Below are positions 58,051 through 64,000 of a DNA stretch of 64,000 nucleotides, one piece after another. This stretch comes from Polyangiaceae bacterium (GTDB lineage: Bacteria > Myxococcota_A > Polyangia > Polyangiales > Polyangiaceae): NCBI GenBank assembly GCA_050287085.1, contig JBNKBE010000013.1:64001-128000 (forward strand), given 5' to 3'. The notes beneath the pieces are model-generated. The model worked only from the letters and a program-made list of their open reading frames with translations, was not told where the DNA came from and did no database searches. The position numbers and the translations under genes are program-made. Position 1 is the stretch's first letter; every line of letters begins with the position of its first letter.

Positions 58051-59982
58051 ATGAAGCGACCGCTCGGGTTTACTGAATGCCACACTCCGTCCCTGGGGGG
58101 CTCCCTGGAAGGTGTTTCCCCTAGAGGCATGAGCTACAGAAGTGCATCTCGAGTCGCCCCTCGGGTTGCCTCGTTCACCGCCAGTGGGGTCAAGTCCCCA
58201 GGTGGTATCCTGGCCTTGTGCGGGCTCATGGCCGTGGTGGCTGGTTGCTCCGGAAGCGCGGCCCCCCTACCAAGCGGCAGCCCAGGCGGAGGCGATGGAG
58301 ATCCCATGGGTGCCAATGCCGGCACAGCTGGAACTGGGTCAACGCCTGGTGGGGGCGCGGGCGGCGCCATCGGCGGTGGTGCTTCGGGCGTTGGCCGCGA
58401 CGGAGAAAACCTGAGCGAAGACCCCTACGCGGTGCCCGCTGAAGCACCGGCCCCGGCGCTTGTCGAGACGGCGCGACTGGCCCGACTCAGCCACAAGCAG
58501 CTGCTCAACGCGGCCCAAGCGGTGCTCAAGCTGCCGGACGTCAACGAACTGGCGGATAACCTAACGGGTGACCCGCTGGTGGGTTTCGACGTGGAAGCCG
58601 ATGCGCTGAACGTTACAGAGCAATTGCGCCGCGAGTGGGCGGACGGCATCGAAATGCTCGCCGAACAGGTCGTGGCGGATGCAGCAGCGCTGGCGCGACT
58701 GGTGCCGGCTGACGCTCCCGCCGACGCCGCGGGTCGGGCAGATGCGTTCATCAAGTCCTTCGGCCTCAGCGCCTATCGGCGTCCGCTCACGGACGAGGAG
58801 GTCGCCACCCATCAAGAGCTCTTCAACAAGGGTGCCACATTGTACCCGGACCTGGACGCCTTTGCGGCAGGCGCAAGCCTCGTGCTGCAGGCAATGCTCC
58901 AGTCCCCGCATTTCATGTACCGCACGGAGCTGAGCACGCCGGAAGCGGGTTCCGCCGTCGCCACGCTCAACGACTATGAGGTGGCCTCAAAGCTCTCCTT
59001 CGCTCTCGTCAATACGATGCCGGACGAAGCGCTCTTTGCTGCAGCTGCTGCTGGCGAGCTGAAAGACCGGGCCAACGTCCGCGCTCACGCTGAAAGACTT
59101 CTATCTGAAAACCAGCGCGTTGCGGGCTTCAACAATCTGAACGCGCAGATGTACCGCCTGGGTGCCTATCAGGCTATCCGTCGCGACGCGGAGCTCTTTC
59201 CACAATTCAGCCCCGACGCCCCTGACTCCATGGCAGAAGAGACACTCGCCTTCTTCCAGTGGATCTTCGATGAGGGCTTGGGCATCAAAGATGTCTACAC
59301 CGCACCGGTGGGGTTCGTGAACGCCAAGCTCGCGCCCCTCTACGCCGTGGAGGGTGACTTCGGTGACGCGCTGCAGCGCTATGACTTCGACCCAAGCCAG
59401 CGCTCAGGACTGCTGACCCAGCCTGGTTTCCTGTCGTCGTATATCACTGGCCTCGACGAGCCGGACATCATCCACCGCGGGGTGTTCATCGCCGAGCGAG
59501 TGCTGTGCGTGGTATTGCCCCCGCCCAAGGTTGTTCCTCCTCCCTTGCCTGAATTGGAGGAAGGCATGACCAACCGGGGCCGCGTGGAAACCGTTACCGG
59601 CAAGGGTACCTGCGGTGAGGGCTGTCACACCACTTTGCTCAATCCTCCGGGTTACGCCTTTGAGAACTACGACGCGGTGGGGACGTATCGTACGATGGAT
59701 CACGGGCAGCCGGTGAACGCAGCGTCCGAATACATGTTGGACGGCAAAGTCGTGCCGTTCAAAGATGGCATCGAGTTCTCTCACCTGGTGGCGGAGTCGA
59801 AGCAAGCCCACAGCTGCTACGCCTCAAAGCTCATGAGCTATCTCCACGGCCGTCAGCTGCAGCCAGCCGATAATGCAATGGTCGACTACTACGCGCGACT
59901 ATCGCGCGCGGGTGAAATATCGCTGCACGACCTCGAACTTGACATCGTTACCAACGACGCCTTCCTGACTCGCCTCCCCTGA
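58051..59982 (+). CDS. DUF1592-family lipoprotein, second copy
   Basis: RLSHKQL.N, AYRRPL, SPHFMYR, EVASKLSF, IIHRGVFI, CGEGCH...NPPGYAFE. GAGGAG RBS before 58051; start uncertain. Confidence 0.92.
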   Translation: MKRPLGFTECHTPSLGGSLEGVSPRGMSYRSASRVAPRVASFTASGVKSPGGILALCGLMAVVAGCSGSAAPLPSGSPGGGDGDPMGANAGTAGTGSTPGGGAGGAIGGGASGVGRDGENLSEDPYAVPAEAPAPALVETARLARLSHKQLLNAAQAVLKLPDVNELADNLTGDPLVGFDVEADALNVTEQLRREWADGIEMLAEQVVADAAALARLVPADAPADAAGRADAFIKSFGLSAYRRPLTDEEVATHQELFNKGATLYPDLDAFAAGASLVLQAMLQSPHFMYRTELSTPEAGSAVATLNDYEVASKLSFALVNTMPDEALFAAAAAGELKDRANVRAHAERLLSENQRVAGFNNLNAQMYRLGAYQAIRRDAELFPQFSPDAPDSMAEETLAFFQWIFDEGLGIKDVYTAPVGFVNAKLAPLYAVEGDFGDALQRYDFDPSQRSGLLTQPGFLSSYITGLDEPDIIHRGVFIAERVLCVVLPPPKVVPPPLPELEEGMTNRGRVETVTGKGTCGEGCHTTLLNPPGYAFENYDAVGTYRTMDHGQPVNAASEYMLDGKVVPFKDGIEFSHLVAESKQAHSCYASKLMSYLHGRQLQPADNAMVDYYARLSRAGEISLHDLELDIVTNDAFLTRLP

Positions 59983-59991
59983 AGTAACACC

Positions 59992-61482
59992 ATGAACAAG
60001 CAAGACTCGAACGCTTTCAAAATGAATCGACGAATGGTGCTCCGAGGCGCCAGCGGCTTGATGCTGGGGCTACCACTTCTGGAGACCTTCATGCCTCGCC
60101 GGGCAGAGGCGCAAGAGAACATGCGCTCGCCATTCATGCTCTTCGTGATCACGGACAATGGCGTGGTCCAGTCGGGTGTGACCTTGGGCGGCGGCGGCGA
60201 GCCGGAAATGTTTTGGCCCACGGCCACCGGTACGCTCACCAAAGCCAGCTTGGAAGCGGACAATGCAACGCGGTCCATCGGTGAGCTCGCCGAACACGCA
60301 GACAAGCTCCTGGTCGTTCGTGGGGTCAACCTTCCCTACGGCTCTACCGGGTGTTCCCACTCCGCTGCGGACGCGCAGATCCTCACCGCGTCGCGGGTGA
60401 CCGCGGGTAGCTCAGCCGCGGTGGGTGAAGGCATTTCGGTCGACACCGTTATCGCTCAGGCAAAAAACCCTCCCGGGCGGGATCCTCTGGCGCTGCACGC
60501 TGGAATGTTCACTCCCGGCGGCACGGGCTTCGACATTCCCGGATATGTGTCATACGTCGCTGGGAGGCAGCCGCGCGTATACATAGATTCTCCCTATAAG
60601 GCCTACCAGACGATTATTGGTGCGGTCGGCGACGGCACTGACGCTACCGAAGCGGAAGCCGCGCAGCAGTTGCTGCGCGCTGAACGTAGCAAGAGCATCA
60701 ACGACATCTTGCGACCGCAGCTCCAAGACTTGCTCGCACGGCCTGACTTGAGCCAAAGCGACCGCACGCGACTCGATCAACACCTCACGGCAATCCGTGA
60801 CATTGAAGTGCTGATGGCGTCCACGGCTTTCACCATCCCGGAGGAAGACATCGCCGCGATGCAGCAGATCGACCGAAACGCCTACGACCAGGCTACTCGT
60901 GAACAAGCCGTGAAGCTGCACATGGACCTGATGGCGTTCTCGGCGGCGGCTGACTATAGCCGGGTTGCTGTTCTCAAGATCGGCGACCGCATCGACGATC
61001 ACGTCTATACGATCAATGGGCAGAGCTTCAAGTTCCACGACGCGTCACACCGCGCTGTAAACAACGGGCTGCAGCTTCATCACGAAGTGGATCGCATCAT
61101 GATGCGCCACTACAAGTACTTGATCGACGTGCTGTCAGGCTACGACACGCCCACCGGACCGTTCATTGATCAAGGCGTCGCGATTTGGGCCAACCAGTGC
61201 GCCACGGGAGCACACTCCTTCAGCAACGTACCTTGGATCCTGGCCGGCTCTGCGAAGGGCCACTTCAAGCAGGGTCAGTACGTGACCGTTGGTACCGGAG
61301 ACATGCCGGGTGGGCGTCAGGATGGGGTTGCGGGTGACGGTTCGGTATCGGGTGTCAACAAGATGCTGAACACCCTGCTCGGCGGAGCTCAGGTCACCAA
61401 GGACAATGGCGACGCAATCGATGACTTCGGTGATCCGTCGCTCCCCAAGGGCATCTTTGAAGAGATGCTTGCCGGGGCCTAG
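59992..61482 (+). CDS. DUF1552 domain protein, Tat-exported, second copy
   Basis: NRRMVLRGA..L.LGLPLLE, SVD, D..RLDQHL..IRDIE, FHDASH, AHS..NVPWILAG. Confidence 0.9.
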   Translation: MNKQDSNAFKMNRRMVLRGASGLMLGLPLLETFMPRRAEAQENMRSPFMLFVITDNGVVQSGVTLGGGGEPEMFWPTATGTLTKASLEADNATRSIGELAEHADKLLVVRGVNLPYGSTGCSHSAADAQILTASRVTAGSSAAVGEGISVDTVIAQAKNPPGRDPLALHAGMFTPGGTGFDIPGYVSYVAGRQPRVYIDSPYKAYQTIIGAVGDGTDATEAEAAQQLLRAERSKSINDILRPQLQDLLARPDLSQSDRTRLDQHLTAIRDIEVLMASTAFTIPEEDIAAMQQIDRNAYDQATREQAVKLHMDLMAFSAAADYSRVAVLKIGDRIDDHVYTINGQSFKFHDASHRAVNNGLQLHHEVDRIMMRHYKYLIDVLSGYDTPTGPFIDQGVAIWANQCATGAHSFSNVPWILAGSAKGHFKQGQYVTVGTGDMPGGRQDGVAGDGSVSGVNKMLNTLLGGAQVTKDNGDAIDDFGDPSLPKGIFEEMLAGA

Positions 61483-61502
61483 ACGCGCCGCTATAGCAAA
61501 AT

Positions 61503-62981
61503 ATGCACTTAAATATTGGCCTTGGTCGACCCTTGGGGTCGACCTGGACCTGGGTTCTGGTAGCAGCTAGCCTGGGATTGGCCCCAGCGGCCTCAGCTCG
61601 CCGCGGCGGAATTGTGGTTGAGAGTTGTCAAGGCTGTCACGACAACGGACTGCCGCAGGCTGAGCTGGAGATGACTGCGGAGTCTGACGTCATCGAGCCG
61701 GGGGATACGGTTAACTTCGAGCTCACTATTCGTGGTGATGGCGCAAGTGCGGGCGGGACGTTCATTACGACCGCCGACGGTATCGGTACCCTTGAGGCCT
61801 TGCCGGGTGAAGGTCTTGCGTTCAGAGAGCGGGGTCTGGCGCATACGACCCCCAAAGCTGCAGTCAACGGCGCCGTGACGTTCCGCTTCGCCTGGCGCGC
61901 CCCCACCGAGCCCGGAGGCGTTGATTTTCGCGTCGTTGGCCTTGCCGCAAACGGCAACGGTCAGGCGAGCGGAGACGCCCCGGGCTCGAATGAGTTTCAA
62001 TGGGCGTACGGGTGCGAAGGACGGCTGTTCTACCTCGACCTGGATCGCGACGGGTATGGCCGCCAGAGCTTGGGCACCCGCATCGGCTGCGCTGGAGACC
62101 CCCCGCCGAGCGGCTACGCGGCTGAGGACGGCGACTGCGATGAGAACAACGAGATGGTCAACCCCGGTGCAACCGAGGTTTGCAATCGTCGCGACGACGA
62201 CTGCAACGGCGAGATCGACGAAAACGCGCCTGAACTCATGATGTGGCCGGACAACGACGGCGACGGCTACTACGCTTCCGAGAATGGTGAACCCACGATC
62301 GGCTGCGGGGATATGCCGGGGTTTGCCAGCGAGAAGGGCGACTGCAATGACAGCGACCCGGACGTCAATCCTGGAGCCACTGAGGTCTGCAACAACCTAG
62401 ACGACAATTGCGACGGTGAAGTAGACGAACGAGCACGCCCTCAATGTGGCGTCGGTTGGTGTTCGCGGTACAGCCCGACGTGTGATCCGGCAGATTGCGA
62501 ACCAGGACCGCCAAGCGTGGAGACTTGCAACAGTCTCGACGACGACTGCGACGGAATCGCGGACAACAACGTTTGCAGTGACGGGACGATCTGTTCTGGA
62601 GCAGACTGCGTCGCGCTGGATGACGCGAACATCGCGGGTAGCGGGGGACTGCCACCTTCGGGGGGAACCGGAGGCCTTCCGTCCACCCCGGGGTCTGCGG
62701 GCGGCCCCAGCATCGCCGGGAGCCCCGCTATCGCCGGCGCCGCTCCGACCACCGCCGGAGCCGTGGGAGAGCCGTCGGAGCCTGAGACGACCGAGGAAGG
62801 CTGCAGCGTGGCGTCGGGTCTTGGACGACCCGAAATGAACCGAGGTGGCTGGTTTGCCTTCATCGCCACGGCTTTGGGGCTCGGCGTCAGACGACGCCGG
62901 CGAGGAGCACAGCGATACTCCGCCCGCTACAGCCAGAGGAGCGGCCGGCGTAGTATGATTTTCCCATCCGCGGGCCCATAG
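61503..62981 (+). CDS. MYXO-CTERM surface protein: CxxCH + Reeler-like domain + MopE-like Cys/Asp metal-binding repeats
   Basis: Signal peptide, CQGCH, FAWRAP, repeated D.DGDGY...DC.D....NPGATEVCN..DD.C.G..DE, then GCSV-hydrophobic-RRRRR. Confidence 0.85.
   Translation: MHLNIGLGRPLGSTWTWVLVAASLGLAPAASARRGGIVVESCQGCHDNGLPQAELEMTAESDVIEPGDTVNFELTIRGDGASAGGTFITTADGIGTLEALPGEGLAFRERGLAHTTPKAAVNGAVTFRFAWRAPTEPGGVDFRVVGLAANGNGQASGDAPGSNEFQWAYGCEGRLFYLDLDRDGYGRQSLGTRIGCAGDPPPSGYAAEDGDCDENNEMVNPGATEVCNRRDDDCNGEIDENAPELMMWPDNDGDGYYASENGEPTIGCGDMPGFASEKGDCNDSDPDVNPGATEVCNNLDDNCDGEVDERARPQCGVGWCSRYSPTCDPADCEPGPPSVETCNSLDDDCDGIADNNVCSDGTICSGADCVALDDANIAGSGGLPPSGGTGGLPSTPGSAGGPSIAGSPAIAGAAPTTAGAVGEPSEPETTEEGCSVASGLGRPEMNRGGWFAFIATALGLGVRRRRRGAQRYSARYSQRSGRRSMIFPSAGP
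62901..62981 (+). mobile_element. MITE-like dispersed repeat, copy B (inside the 3' end of the CTERM gene)
   Basis: ACAGCCAGAGGAGCGGCCGGCGTAGTATGATTTTCCCATCCGCGGGCCCATAG matches copies A and C. Left end is degenerate. Confidence 0.65.
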
Positions 62982-63139
62982 CGTAAGACCGCTTCCGCGG
63001 AGGTGTCTCCCAGGCTCTGGAGGCCGAGCACACCGCGGTTGAGAGTTGACCTCCACAGCCCATTGGAAGTGCTCGGAAGCCCAGCTATACGGGGGTGGCA
63101 CGGGCTTCCGCTCCGTGATCACGCGCCAAGACCCGTTTC

Positions 63140-64000
63140 ATGCTGCCTCAGCCTCCCACCGCAACACGCGTCATCGGTCGCTATCTGCTGTGTGACGCGA
63201 TTGCTTCGGGTGGCATGGCAACCGTACACTTGGGACGGTTGATAGGCCCGCAAGGATTCTCGCGGACCGTGGCAATCAAGCGCCTGCATCCGCAGTTTGC
63301 GCGGGATCCGGAGTTTGTGACCATGTTCCTGGACGAAGCGCGCCTGGCCTCGCGCATCAGCCATCCCAACGTGGTGTCGCCACTGGATGTGATCTCGTCA
63401 CCCCCGGAGCTCTTCATAGTCATGGAGTATGTTCACGGTGAATCACTCTCGCGCCTGATCGACTACGCTGGCGAACGGCCGGTGCCCGTGCGCATCGCAC
63501 TCGCGATCATGGGACAGGTCTTGCTGGGGCTTCATGCCGCCCATGTCGCGACCTCCGAGTTCGGAGAGCCTCTGGAACTTGTGCATCGCGACGTTTCTCC
63601 TCAGAACATCCTGGTGACGGAACACGGCGTGGCGCGCGTCGTAGACTTCGGGATCGCAAAGGCCAGCGAACGTTCGCACCAGACTGAGGAAGGCAAACTC
63701 AAGGGGAAGTTTGGCTATATGACGCCGGAACAGGTTCAGCTTCTGCACGTTGATCAACGCAGCGACATATTCGCGGCGGGCATCGTGTTGTGGGAGCTGC
63801 TGACGGGACGTCGCCTGTTTAGCGCAAGCAGCGCCATCGCGTCCCTACACGAGCTGCTTTACGCCGAGCTCGAAGCCCCCAGTCGCTTTGCCCCAGACGT
63901 TCCGCCAGCAGTGGACCGCGTCGTCATGAAAGCATTGGCTCGTCCCGTTGATGAACGATTTCAAACAGCGCGGGAAATGGCAGAAGCGCTCGAGCGTGCG
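63140..64000 (+). CDS. Hanks-type Ser/Thr protein kinase, truncated by the window end
   Basis: Not in the ORF track. Manual translation from ATG 63140 gives GRYLL..IASGGMATV, VAIKRLHP, HRDVSPQN, DFGIAKA, KGKFGYMTPEQ, DIFAAG. Confidence 0.93.
   Translation, partial: MLPQPPTATRVIGRYLLCDAIASGGMATVHLGRLIGPQGFSRTVAIKRLHPQFARDPEFVTMFLDEARLASRISHPNVVSPLDVISSPPELFIVMEYVHGESLSRLIDYAGERPVPVRIALAIMGQVLLGLHAAHVATSEFGEPLELVHRDVSPQNILVTEHGVARVVDFGIAKASERSHQTEEGKLKGKFGYMTPEQVQLLHVDQRSDIFAAGIVLWELLTGRRLFSASSAIASLHELLYAELEAPSRFAPDVPPAVDRVVMKALARPVDERFQTAREMAEALERA

Noticed and set aside
1..64000. Prophage, defence island, transposase, tRNA or rRNA
   Set aside because: No integrase, transposase, phage structural or defence-system genes, and no cloverleaf or rRNA-like sequence, were recognised.

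Overview
A gene-dense, GC-rich (roughly 65% by eye) chromosomal window, most likely from a myxobacterium (Polyangia/Sorangiineae-like). The assignment rests on Hanks-type Ser/Thr kinases, FHA and GYF_2 proteins, a MYXO-CTERM protein, DUF1592/DUF1552 pairs and Gly-rich lipoproteins. About 57 CDSs can be supported. Recognisable genes include a CzcB/CzcA heavy-metal efflux pair with TlpA, ada, FKBP, a DUF2723 glycosyltransferase, sfsA, Trk/Ktr K+ uptake, dps, a HlyD-ABC-TetR exporter, selO, msrB, putA, a GT4, TIGR02147, SIMPL, MscS, four lipoprotein hydrolases, an orphan CheA-like kinase and wrbA. No rRNA, tRNA, CRISPR array, integrase or transposase was seen. The strongest unexplained signals are: (1) a ~75-bp dispersed MITE-like element in three copies, each abutting a TAG stop codon, one copy read through as protein; (2) a twice-repeated STAS-like + SnoaL two-gene module; (3) an AT-rich palindrome cluster and structured ORF-free region upstream of a TIGR02147-lipoprotein pair; (4) a TerB-phosphoglycosyl transferase fusion; (5) twin mini-lipoproteins; (6) two DUF1592-DUF1552 heme-motif modules. 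All family assignments come from motif recognition by eye, not database searches.
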